Below are positions 24,357 to 32,680 of a stretch of DNA of 41,822 nt, piece after piece. Below the pieces are notes generated by a model, which worked only from the letters and a program-made list of their open reading frames with translations, was not told where the DNA came from and did not search any database. The DNA is taken from positions 1 to 41,822 of IMG/VR virus record IMGVR_UViG_3300033406_000375. One strand, given 5' to 3'. The stretch is from a virus. Lineage: Duplodnaviria; Caudoviricetes. Every line of letters begins with the position of its first letter. The first letter of the stretch is position 1. The position numbers and the translations under genes are program-made.

Positions 24357-24802
24357 GGGGTTGTGCCTGTTTCTCTGTATTTTATTTGATTCTTTGAAGC
24401 AGCTAACTCATTGTATGTTTGCGTGGTTGACTTCTTTTTCTGCGGCTTCTTGCTCCCTTTGCTCTTGCTGCCGCCATTTAACTTGCTATGCACTGTCACC
24501 AGTGTCCCATGCGTGGTATCTGACGACCTGTCACACTGTAGCCGCTTTTCAAACTCCTGCCGGATTGTAGCCTTGTCACTAACCTCTGAATTAAACGGCC
24601 ATATCTCAGTTCCGCAATCCGGGCAGCACAGGTATGCATCTTTTTTATAATATATCATAACTGCCTGGCAGCTTGGCACCGGACAAGCCATGTCTCTTGG
24701 TACAAAGTTGTTACGTCCATCAGTACAAGTCTTGCACCGTTTATGCTCTGCATGGTTTGCGCTCCAATAGATACAGTTACCGCAGCTTCTATTCATTGTC
24801 AT
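24353..24802 (-). CDS. Multi zinc-ribbon protein with a basic C-terminus
   Basis: CGNC, CKTC, CPVPSC and CPDC motifs; Lys-rich tail. Confidence 0.65.
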   Translation of the reverse strand: MTMNRSCGNCIYWSANHAEHKRCKTCTDGRNNFVPRDMACPVPSCQAVMIYYKKDAYLCCPDCGTEIWPFNSEVSDKATIRQEFEKRLQCDRSSDTTHGTLVTVHSKLNGGSKSKGSKKPQKKKSTTQTYNELAASKNQIKYRETGTTP

Positions 24803-24870
24803 TTGTACCCCACCCCACAATTATATTTATACGTGCTGATAGGGCGACATATAGCCGCCCTTTTTCTATG

Positions 24871-25197
24871 CTAATTTCTGAACTGTTTAGACATTACTTG
24901 CTTTATAATTCCGTTTTTGTCGTAAACAATAATTATATCCCACCACTCAAGATCACCGTCTATTTTATACGCACAAACCGTATTACCCTCACTATCGCGT
25001 AGTTCGTTTAATTTTATCCAGTCTCTCCTATCTACTCGAGGCTTTATTGTCTCTGTTTGGTTTGGCTGCTCGGGCGCGCATCCAGTTATCAAAAACACAG
25101 CCACTGCAAGTAGTACAATAACCATGCCAACAGCAGGCGCTAACATTCTAGCTTCATACGGTGTATACCGTTTTTCAAATAAACACTTCATACACAC
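24871..25197 (-). CDS. Membrane-anchored or lipoprotein-like protein
   Basis: Hydrophobic helix ending LITGC (lipobox-like). Confidence 0.55.
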   Translation of the reverse strand: MCMKCLFEKRYTPYEARMLAPAVGMVIVLLAVAVFLITGCAPEQPNQTETIKPRVDRRDWIKLNELRDSEGNTVCAYKIDGDLEWWDIIIVYDKNGIIKQVMSKQFRN

Positions 25198-25202
25198 ACC
25201 TC

Positions 25203-25397
25203 CTACTCCCTAATAACCTGCGCCTTATGATCGGGGCACGCCACAACTACCGCACTGCCGTAAGTTGTTATCATTGCTTTGTCACAACAAGTTTGTCCCA
25301 CGAATTGAGCTTTTGTTTCTTGTTTTCTTTCCCACCGCTTCATGCGTTTTAAATCCGTCTTGCTTGGCTTAATCTTGCATTGATAGCCTCGCCTCAT
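25203..25397 (-). CDS. CC..CPDH hypothetical protein
   Basis: ATGA coupling; TCCDKA...ACPDH. Confidence 0.6.
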   Translation of the reverse strand: MRRGYQCKIKPSKTDLKRMKRWERKQETKAQFVGQTCCDKAMITTYGSAVVVACPDHKAQVIRE

Positions 25398-25729
25398 GAT
25401 TCCCTATCCCCGACAATAGCCTGTATAATCGCATACGCCCTGCGCTCATATGATGATAAATTCTTGTATGGTTCCCTTCGCATTTCTTGGTATAGTGGCA
25501 AGGCTATACTCTTTATTTCCTTTAACTTTCGCCACTGAATTGTATTTTCAGCAAGCAAAAACGCGTTTTCCGACTGGTGTTTCAAAACTACCGCGCAATT
25601 TTGGCCACCAAGACATTTGCACTTTGCTTGGCTGAGTTTTTTAACTTCTACCTGCAAATTAGATATACAGGTATATGGGTCATGCTCTACACCGTTAAGT
25701 TTTTCGCCACAATATTGGCACTCACTCAC
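25394..25729 (-). CDS. Hypothetical protein with N-terminal CxxC
   Basis: Overlap-coupled to both neighbours. Confidence 0.6.
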   Translation of the reverse strand: MSECQYCGEKLNGVEHDPYTCISNLQVEVKKLSQAKCKCLGGQNCAVVLKHQSENAFLLAENTIQWRKLKEIKSIALPLYQEMRREPYKNLSSYERRAYAIIQAIVGDRES

Positions 25730-25974
25730 CCGCGCTCACCCCTTCTATTCCAAGCAGCACTAGCTTTTTCTTTTGTGTCGTGATACCCGCTTGACGCACC
25801 GCAACCACCCTTGTTAAAGTTACAAACCACCGAAACATATTCTTCATCATCACAGCACTCAAAATTTTCACAGGCTTCTAATCTTTTGCAGTCACTAAAA
25901 TCAACTTCATTGCCCCCACAAAATGGGCAAGGCTTTAATATCTCTATCGCCTGCTCCGGCGTTAGTTTAGTCAC
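25726..25974 (-). CDS. Lar-family restriction alleviation protein
   Basis: LKPCPFCGG ... GCGA ... AWNRR signature. Confidence 0.8.
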   Translation of the reverse strand: MTKLTPEQAIEILKPCPFCGGNEVDFSDCKRLEACENFECCDDEEYVSVVCNFNKGGCGASSGYHDTKEKASAAWNRRGERG

Positions 25975-26224
25975 TATGTTTCACCACCCGCACACATTTC
26001 CGGCAATAATACTCACCGTCAACCTTTTGGAGTGTACCTGTACTTTGACAATTCTTGCAGCATAGTATTGCAAATTGTCTTTGTGGCTTACCTTTTGGTG
26101 CAGCTATTGGCGGCATTTGTATGTACGGAGAATCAACAACTATTGCATTCATAAGTTCTAAAACGCCCAATAAGCCACTCGGCCTTCCGTGGCCTGAAGC
26201 TGAAACTACTATTTTAGCGTCCAT
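25967..26224 (-). CDS. Hypothetical zinc-finger protein
   Basis: AGGAGG RBS before MDAK; CKNC..YYCRKC. Confidence 0.6.
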   Translation of the reverse strand: MDAKIVVSASGHGRPSGLLGVLELMNAIVVDSPYIQMPPIAAPKGKPQRQFAILCCKNCQSTGTLQKVDGEYYCRKCVRVVKHSD

Positions 26225-26234
26225 TGTCGGCCTC

Positions 26235-26567
26235 CTAAATCTCCGCACCGGATTTAATTATTTCTCGAAGGGCTTGCAGTGCGTTTAGCACTCGGGTATT
26301 GTGATCGCCTAATTGCTGTTGATTATGGGATGTCGCAGGCTTTAAAGGATTTATGTAATTGCTTTGGCCTTCCGCCATTTTTCTTACTTCTTCAAAATCC
26401 GCATCCGTTAAATTTAAAACAGCCTTGCAAATTTTATTGATTTCCTTTATTCCGTCTCTCTTATTTTCCATATTTATCTCTCCCTTACAATTGTGTTTTT
26501 CACTAAACCGACATAATTCATGGCATTTATCGCACCTAATGTAAACAAACCGTGCTTGTCTACCCAT
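26235..26567 (-). CDS. Hypothetical protein (alternative internal start at 26471)
   Basis: TAATG coupling at 26567; internal AAGGGAGAG RBS before MENK. Confidence 0.55.
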   Translation of the reverse strand: MGRQARFVYIRCDKCHELCRFSEKHNCKGEINMENKRDGIKEINKICKAVLNLTDADFEEVRKMAEGQSNYINPLKPATSHNQQQLGDHNTRVLNALQALREIIKSGAEI

Positions 26568-26917
26568 TACTCCCCCGTCTCCGGCAGCGGCGGTAGTGGC
26601 AATAACGCCCATCTCCGCGCCAATTTAACTTTTTCCTAGCTATAAAATCCGCCAAGCCATACCGCAGTATCGTATACTGTCGCCCGAGTAAAAGGCGTTA
26701 GGCGCTCAAATATAATCCACTTTCTTTCATCCGGCCTGAACACTGGCGGCACTCCATCTACCCACTGCATCTGCTGGCCGATCTTGGCCCATTCCACAAA
26801 TTTACGGCTAAATAACTCAATGTCGTACTTGGTTAATCGGTTATAGCTATCAGACGATACTTTTATTTCTACGCCGAGCTCGCCTAATTCGATGGCCTTA
26901 AAAATATCATTAATCAC
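26567..26917 (-). pseudogene. DUF551-like gene interrupted by an in-frame TAG at 26636-26638
   Basis: The frame continues EKVKLARRWALLPLPPLPETGE to a TAA that overlaps the next ATG. Confidence 0.55.
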
Positions 26918-26919
26918 CG

Positions 26920-27069
26920 CTAATACCCCCGTTCATCCTTCAACTCGTCAATGAGTTCCCTCACCTGTTCAAAGGTCATATTGTTAAAGTCGTAATCATC
27001 CAGATCATAACCCAACTGTCCAATTAATCCCTGGGCATATTCAATCATTTTAGGAGTTGCCTTGCCCAT
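26920..27069 (-). CDS. 49-aa hypothetical protein (not in ORF track)
   Basis: GAGGT RBS; MGKATPKMIEYAQGLIGQLG...VRELIDELK. Confidence 0.7.
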   Translation of the reverse strand: MGKATPKMIEYAQGLIGQLGYDLDDYDFNNMTFEQVRELIDELKDERGY

Positions 27070-27079
27070 TATCAGTACC

Positions 27080-27313
27080 TCACTTCAAATTCTTTAATTC
27101 TTCCATACATTTAGGGCAAAAATCCATTTCATAACCTAAGCTAGTTGCGCAATCATCACACATTTTTGCATCACAGGTAATTCGCTTGCCGTACTTTATT
27201 ACCATGTGTGGAGAAGCCCGCTCACCAACCGGATAATCACAAAGCTTTGTAGCCGGTTTCCTGCGACAAAAATCACAGCGTTCATCTAACGGAATAATAT
27301 CTAAATCTGGCAT
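27080..27313 (-). CDS. Cys-rich zinc-binding hypothetical protein
   Basis: CDFC, LCD, CDDC and CPKC motifs. Confidence 0.7.
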   Translation of the reverse strand: MPDLDIIPLDERCDFCRRKPATKLCDYPVGERASPHMVIKYGKRITCDAKMCDDCATSLGYEMDFCPKCMEELKNLK

Positions 27314-27337
27314 ATCTCCACCCCCGGTTAATCTCAG

Positions 27338-27631
27338 TTACCCTGCCCGGTCATAGAATCTCGGCCTATACTGCACTTCCTCGCCCTTCTTCTTTCTGCC
27401 CATTTCCTCGAAAGGCAAATCAATCTTCTCGGGCGCCGCCTTGCAACCAATCTCCGCGCTGATACTGTAAGTAAGGTTTGGCATCTTTCCCGCAATCGCG
27501 GCCTCAATCTTTGCTATATCCGCAGGCGTTGCCGTACGAGTGGTATAATCTAGGCTTTGCTTTGCATACTCCGCTTCCGGTTCTAGGCAATCAGCTTTTA
27601 AGTATTGCAATGGTACATTACCGTATTCCAT
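27338..27631 (-). CDS. Hypothetical protein
   Basis: Tightly packed in the early operon. Confidence 0.6.
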   Translation of the reverse strand: MEYGNVPLQYLKADCLEPEAEYAKQSLDYTTRTATPADIAKIEAAIAGKMPNLTYSISAEIGCKAAPEKIDLPFEEMGRKKKGEEVQYRPRFYDRAG

Positions 27632-27633
27632 GG

Positions 27634-28497
27634 TTACACCGCCACCTTTAGCCCTCTGTTTTTTAACTCTCTCATAAGGTCTTTGTTGCTCATTTTGCTT
27701 AAACTATCAATTTTATCAATGTACGATTTTGGCTTTCTATCCTTGACTTTACGCCTAATATTTAAATCTTCCTCAGTTGGGTCAAACAATTCAAAATCAG
27801 CAATATTGTGGTATTCAAATTTATTAATAATAACCCACCACATGTTATTGATATTGTGGTATACAGTTCCGCGCATCAATCTGCCGTTATAGCCCCGATA
27901 ATATTTAATCTGACCGTTATATATGGTTTTTTTGTCCCTGTCAGTGTTGTTATAGGTTCCTTCACAGGTAGTACCGTGAAGTTCTTGTAAATCAAAGTTC
28001 ACATCCTTTTGAGGGTGATGCCAACTATCAACGAAATTACTCTTAATCTTATCTGTCGCCCGAACATACCGTTGTTTAGAATTGTTAGTAATACCAAGCG
28101 AGTCTAAGAATGCTGCTATTTTATTTGTCTCGTTAATCCAAGATAGTTTTATTAAGTACGGGCATTTCTGGTATTTATCAAAATCATACCGGCCACCATG
28201 TCGGTTTTCTGTAACTATCTCCTGGTAAAATTCAAAACTAAATCCTCGCGGATACCTATTTAAAACGAATCTTAATTCCCCCTTGCGGCCAACCCAGTGA
28301 TCTTTTCGAATGCATTTTGCCACAGATACATCGTGCTGAATATCAAAACCACGATCTTTCATGAAATTAATCAGTCTGTTTAAAATTACATAGTGGCTAT
28401 ATTTGTTACGATCTATCCAATCATGCTTCTCGTCAGTGTCATTTACAAAACTTAAATCCATATATTCACGCCGGCAATTATAAAAATACCCGCTCAT
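27634..28497 (-). CDS. Hypothetical phage protein
   Basis: 287-aa AT-rich ORF with RBS; aromatic-rich; function not recognised. Confidence 0.75.
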   Translation of the reverse strand: MSGYFYNCRREYMDLSFVNDTDEKHDWIDRNKYSHYVILNRLINFMKDRGFDIQHDVSVAKCIRKDHWVGRKGELRFVLNRYPRGFSFEFYQEIVTENRHGGRYDFDKYQKCPYLIKLSWINETNKIAAFLDSLGITNNSKQRYVRATDKIKSNFVDSWHHPQKDVNFDLQELHGTTCEGTYNNTDRDKKTIYNGQIKYYRGYNGRLMRGTVYHNINNMWWVIINKFEYHNIADFELFDPTEEDLNIRRKVKDRKPKSYIDKIDSLSKMSNKDLMRELKNRGLKVAV

Positions 28498-28501
28498 ATC
28501 C

Positions 28502-28957
28502 TTACCCCTCCCGAATCACAATTTCAGTCCTGCCGCACTCAACAACCGGCCCAATATCCCAATCAAGATCAACCACTTTTGTACTATCATCCCGGATAAC
28601 TCCCGACTTCTTAAGCCCGTCCATCAAAAACTTTGGCGTGTAATTATCCTTATCCCGGCTTCTGTCTATATCCGGGTAGTATATAATCCTTACTACTGGC
28701 CTTTCAACTTGCTTACAGCCTCTTAGTAGCACTATCAGCAGGTTTTCCCATTGCTTCTTTACCTTTGCTTTGGCTGCCCAGTGTAGGTCTTTCCAATCGT
28801 TGAGGCTTGGCGGTATGTCGTAGATAACGACTGTTAGCTTACCGGACTCTTGCTTGACTACCGGCTCTGGCCGTTTGCGCTTCATTTTGGCGCAGCCGGT
28901 CTTTTTGTTTACCACTATGCCGAGCTTTCGGGCTTCTGAGGTTGATAATCTAAGCAT
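28502..28957 (-). CDS. RusA-like Holliday junction resolvase
   Basis: PPSLN, RDKDN..K..MDGL..SG.IRDD motifs. Confidence 0.75.
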   Translation of the reverse strand: MLRLSTSEARKLGIVVNKKTGCAKMKRKRPEPVVKQESGKLTVVIYDIPPSLNDWKDLHWAAKAKVKKQWENLLIVLLRGCKQVERPVVRIIYYPDIDRSRDKDNYTPKFLMDGLKKSGVIRDDSTKVVDLDWDIGPVVECGRTEIVIREG

Positions 28958-29138
28958 TTGAGGCCTTTTGACTCATAACATACTGTCGCCTCTCCATCCG
29001 CTTAATAATGGTTATCATAGCGTCCCTTGCAACCAATTTCCTTGCCCGGTCATAGTCACTTTTGCACTCCGGGCACCAGTCACAATCCCTAAACCGTTCA
29101 ACCTTGTCCGATGGTCTGCCGCAAATATCACACTTCAC
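28950..29138 (-). CDS. Zinc-ribbon hypothetical protein
   Basis: GTGA overlap; CDIC..CPEC. Confidence 0.6.
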   Translation of the reverse strand: MKCDICGRPSDKVERFRDCDWCPECKSDYDRARKLVARDAMITIIKRMERRQYVMSQKASNA

Positions 29139-29278
29139 GCCGCACCCCTCCATTTCAACAACGCCAGCCTGTTTTCACATTCTCCAACTGACTTGCTAAA
29201 CTCATAAGCTATCGCCCATAGTGGCACGCCCAGACGGTCAGCCTCTAGGAGCATTGCCTCTTGCCATTGTTGCCACAT
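29135..29278 (-). CDS. 47-aa small HTH-like protein (not in ORF track)
   Basis: TAATG coupling; MWQQWQEAMLLEADRLGVPLWAIAYEFSKSVGECENRL... Confidence 0.65.
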   Translation of the reverse strand: MWQQWQEAMLLEADRLGVPLWAIAYEFSKSVGECENRLALLKWRGAA

Positions 29279-29841
29279 TAGGCCGTACCTCCCAGCAACT
29301 TTTTCTTGTCAGTAATACCTTTCTTTTCAGCAAGGCTTTTTACAAGATTTGCGGCTCCAACAAACTCAATAACATTGTCATTAATCCGCTTATCGTGTTT
29401 CCGCCTGCAAGTCGCTTCATATAGCCGCAAAAACTGTGCCCTTGCTACTCCGATCTGGTCAGTTGGTGTCTCGCATAAACCAATCCAACCCATTGCTAAA
29501 GCCGCCTGTTCAATCTCCGGAGTGCTAAATATCGGCTTTTTATATACAAAAGCTACTTGCATTTGCCTTTGCACTTCGTTCCATGCTTCGTCAGCATCCT
29601 TGGCACCAGTCCCGCTCGCAGCCTCAATCATCTTTTGTGCAGCTTCCAGTATTTCAGCAATGCTCGGGAAAAACTTGCACGTTCTCATACACCGCATAAC
29701 CGCGGCGGCCAATTCAGATTCGTTTAATTCCGACAGTGCTATGGCATAGACTTGTATGGTTTCCTCGGTTATCTGTGCATTCGGATAAGCGCAAATTAAC
29801 GGCGCCAGAGTGTCAATAACCTTCTCAACTACCACTTGCAA
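29278..29841 (-). CDS. Replicative helicase loader/inhibitor (G39P-like)
   Basis: AYP, KFFPSIAEI, ADEAW, RAQF..Y motifs; follows the initiator. Confidence 0.75.
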   Translation of the reverse strand: MQVVVEKVIDTLAPLICAYPNAQITEETIQVYAIALSELNESELAAAVMRCMRTCKFFPSIAEILEAAQKMIEAASGTGAKDADEAWNEVQRQMQVAFVYKKPIFSTPEIEQAALAMGWIGLCETPTDQIGVARAQFLRLYEATCRRKHDKRINDNVIEFVGAANLVKSLAEKKGITDKKKLLGGTA

Positions 29842-30706
29842 GCCTCCTTTTCACATTCTCCATCATACTTAGCCTGCTGCCGTTTCCCTGTTTGCCGATT
29901 GTTTTAACAGCCGTCATTTTACCTTGCAGCCGGTCGAATTTCTCACGCAGATTATCAGCGCTCAAAATATTTGTCTGCCAAAAACTATCCTGTTGGCACC
30001 AATCGATAACTGCTGATATTGCAACCAGGCTCCGGTTATCACGTTCAATCATAAGCCGTATGGTATTTGCCCATTGGTCAAGACAACTAGGGTATTTATA
30101 ATTAGGCATATGCTCTAAAATCCTGCATTTAAGTTGCTCGGCAAGTTCCATGTGTTCAGGCCCATAAGTGTATTTGGGCCGCTTATCACCTTTTTGCCCT
30201 GGATCTGCCGGCGCTTCATCATCCGTCCCGGACGAAACCGGGACAAAAGAATTATCCGGAATCTGAGAATCAGTGGTAAGGAATCCGGAATCAGGAATCA
30301 GAGAATCAGCGTGAGTGGTAACATCCTTTTCTGGAGTTGTATCATCTTCACACTGTGCTTGTACTATGCTTGTACCGTGCAACTCTGGTGCAGGTATCTC
30401 ACTTGGCTTTTCATTTTTGTGAGGATTCTGGTGTTTGGAGAAATTTATTATTTGGATATACGCCACGCCATTAACTTTGTAGCGTAAAATAAAACCTTTA
30501 TCGGCTAATTCTTGTAATAACGCTTCAATGTTGCAATCATCGCAAGGCAGCAGTTCCATTTTTATTTTCTTTGGCCTATCTTCTAGCCTGCCTTCACGAT
30601 CAGCAAGCGTCCATAACCCTGCAAACAGCAACCGTCCAAGTGGTTCAATTTCAACTAAATTTTCGTTCGAGAAAAATCCTGGTTTTATATTCCTTGCTCT
30701 TGCCAC
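29825..30706 (-). CDS. Phage replication initiator
   Basis: MARARNIKPGFF, GLWTLADREGR, FWQTNILS..LREKFD motifs. Confidence 0.8.
   Translation of the reverse strand: MARARNIKPGFFSNENLVEIEPLGRLLFAGLWTLADREGRLEDRPKKIKMELLPCDDCNIEALLQELADKGFILRYKVNGVAYIQIINFSKHQNPHKNEKPSEIPAPELHGTSIVQAQCEDDTTPEKDVTTHADSLIPDSGFLTTDSQIPDNSFVPVSSGTDDEAPADPGQKGDKRPKYTYGPEHMELAEQLKCRILEHMPNYKYPSCLDQWANTIRLMIERDNRSLVAISAVIDWCQQDSFWQTNILSADNLREKFDRLQGKMTAVKTIGKQGNGSRLSMMENVKRRLASGS
30259..30309. repeat. Iteron-like GAATC cluster (candidate origin)
   Basis: GAATC at 30259, 30267, 30281, 30288, 30295 and 30303, in the initiator linker. Confidence 0.55.
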
Positions 30707-30710
30707 TACC

Positions 30711-31536
30711 TCACCCCACTACCCCATCACATTAAACAAACTTCCTTGTATCGTACAATTTGAGCTTAAATAAATAACTTCTTCTGCGCTACCGCCATTA
30801 TTTGTAGCAACAGTCATTCGCCGCTTTTCCCATCCATCTAGTTCGCTGTTGTACAAGTCATTGTCATAACTGCTAATAATTACGGTACCTACATGCTTTT
30901 TGCATAATCGCAATAATTCCTTATGTTCTTCGGTACCAGCAAACTCATATTTATAATGTAACTGCGTCCTGGTGTTTCTTAAGTATGGTGGGTCAATATA
31001 GAGCAGCGTATTTTCCCGGTTATACATTTCAATCAATTCAAGGGCATTCATATTCTCGATCTGAGCCATTCTAACCCGCTCTACAATTTCTAGCAGCCTG
31101 TCCGGTAACTTACACCAGTATTTAGGCCTAAATACCGTATTTGTCCGATCATGAGCCCATGATGTATTGCAATATGTTTTACCACCATAACTCTGCCAAA
31201 CTCGTACTAAAAACCGCCTGGCTCGCTCAATGTCATTACCTACAATGTTTTCGCAATCATGCAGTTCGCTCCGGCTATAAGGTGTCAGTTCAATTAGTCG
31301 TGCCAGTTCGTCTGCAGAGTCTCTTATGACTCTAAAAAGGTTTACAATATTGTTATCAATATCGTTGATGGTTTCTGTGCCGCTCGGCTGCTTAGTGAAG
31401 AACACCGCTCCTGAACCAAAAAACGGTTCGCAATACACTTTGTGTTGTGGTAGTTGGTTCACTATCCAGTCCGCTAAACGCCATTTTGCGCCCGGCCACC
31501 TTAACACTGGTTCCAAGTTTTCACCCCACTACCCCA
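30711..31536. repeat. 16-bp perfect direct repeats flanking the methylase gene
   Basis: tcaccccactacccca at 30711-30726 and 31521-31536. Confidence 0.9.
30719..31516 (-). CDS. DNA adenine methyltransferase (D12/Dam-like)
   Basis: WPGAK, EPFFGSG, ETINDID, DPPY motifs. Confidence 0.9.
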   Translation of the reverse strand: MEPVLRWPGAKWRLADWIVNQLPQHKVYCEPFFGSGAVFFTKQPSGTETINDIDNNIVNLFRVIRDSADELARLIELTPYSRSELHDCENIVGNDIERARRFLVRVWQSYGGKTYCNTSWAHDRTNTVFRPKYWCKLPDRLLEIVERVRMAQIENMNALELIEMYNRENTLLYIDPPYLRNTRTQLHYKYEFAGTEEHKELLRLCKKHVGTVIISSYDNDLYNSELDGWEKRRMTVATNNGGSAEEVIYLSSNCTIQGSLFNVMG

Positions 31537-31562
31537 GCGGGAGCCTAAGCCCCCGCTTTAAT

Positions 31563-32030
31563 CTAAGCCGCACCAAACAACTGCATTTGCGCCCGTTCTC
31601 CGTCTACATATAGTCCAGCTTCCTCACAAAGTATGTCTAGTGCATCAATACACTTATCTGATAACACCTGCATTGGGTCAGGGTCTTGACCTGAATACGA
31701 TCCGCTTGCCTTATGCGGCGTGTTTAAGTTCAACTGAGTATACGAATCATCCAGTCTCATTCCTGCGCTGATCGTGGCGCCCATGACTTCATCCATACCG
31801 GCATAACTAAATGACACGCCACGGACCGTAATCCGGTCCAAGTAATCATCAGGCAGCTCGCACATTTCAACAACATACTTTTTCAATGATTGCATAGCTG
31901 CGTAAAACTCTGGCCGCGCCTCTTCTGAGCAAGTCAGCGAGTATTCATCCCACACCTTGCTTTTGCTTTGCTTTTCAAAGAGCATCATAATTTTCTTTTC
32001 TGAGGTAATTTTTATCTTTTTAAATCGCAC
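31563..32030 (-). CDS. Hypothetical phage protein
   Basis: Likely GTG start (RFKKIKI); ends GERAQMQLF. Confidence 0.7.
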   Translation of the reverse strand: MRFKKIKITSEKKIMMLFEKQSKSKVWDEYSLTCSEEARPEFYAAMQSLKKYVVEMCELPDDYLDRITVRGVSFSYAGMDEVMGATISAGMRLDDSYTQLNLNTPHKASGSYSGQDPDPMQVLSDKCIDALDILCEEAGLYVDGERAQMQLFGAA

Positions 32031-32104
32031 AATCTCACCCCGCATAAATAATTCAGTCCCGCACATACTAAACTGGGAAGGTCTACCCAAAGGAGGCGTT
32101 CGCT

Positions 32105-32206
32105 ATGGAAATACTGGAAACACTAGCAAAAACGGTGTTCGTTGTAGTCGGTATTGGTTTAGTAGCTATCGCGTACTTTGAATTGGTATCCTTTCCCTGG
32201 CAGTAA
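32105..32206 (+). CDS. 33-aa single-TM peptide, type I toxin-like (not in ORF track)
   Basis: AAAGGAGG RBS; MEILETLAKTVFVVVGIGLVAIAYFELVSFPWQ; GC hairpin after the stop. Confidence 0.7.
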   Translation: MEILETLAKTVFVVVGIGLVAIAYFELVSFPWQ

Positions 32207-32296
32207 CACTGGGGGCGTTATAGCCCCCTAGTCACCCGCTTGTGATACTCAATCAACGATTCTCCCGGCTTCGGCCCGATCTGTCTCTTTGCCAAT

Positions 32297-32494
32297 TTAG
32301 GGAGGCTCACTACTTTCTTCATCAGCCGGAATTGAGTTATCAACAACCGGCACCGCCTGGACATGTACCTCTCTTGGCCGTGACTTTGGGGCAAATACCC
32401 TGTCGATCACCATCGCCATAATATCTTTGGTTAATGCTTCACCGATCTCTTTTTCGAATACTAACCCTTCGCCCTCAATTCGGAGTTGTAACAT
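32297..32494 (-). CDS. Hypothetical protein
   Basis: GGAGG RBS, TAATG coupling. Confidence 0.6.
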   Translation of the reverse strand: MLQLRIEGEGLVFEKEIGEALTKDIMAMVIDRVFAPKSRPREVHVQAVPVVDNSIPADEESSEPP

Positions 32495-32676
32495 TAGGCT
32501 TTACCTCCTGTCGGGTTCTGGAAAGCATCGCTAAATGCTTCCGTTATTTTTTCCATGCCGCCAATCCAGTTATTAACTTCATCTTTGCTCTTAAAGTCTG
32601 GCCAATGTCCGGGAACAACTCGGAAACTAGCTTCTTTATACCGCTGCATAAAATAGGTTTTTATTTCATCTGTCAT
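32494..32676 (-). CDS. Hypothetical protein
   Basis: Likely MTDE start after the upstream stop. Confidence 0.55.
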   Translation of the reverse strand: MTDEIKTYFMQRYKEASFRVVPGHWPDFKSKDEVNNWIGGMEKITEAFSDAFQNPTGGKA

Positions 32677-32680
32677 TGCA

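Noticed and set aside
32218-32310. Possible 25-30 aa minus-strand ORF (AKRQIGPKPGESLIEYHKRV)
   Set aside because: No convincing RBS and too short to support without homologues
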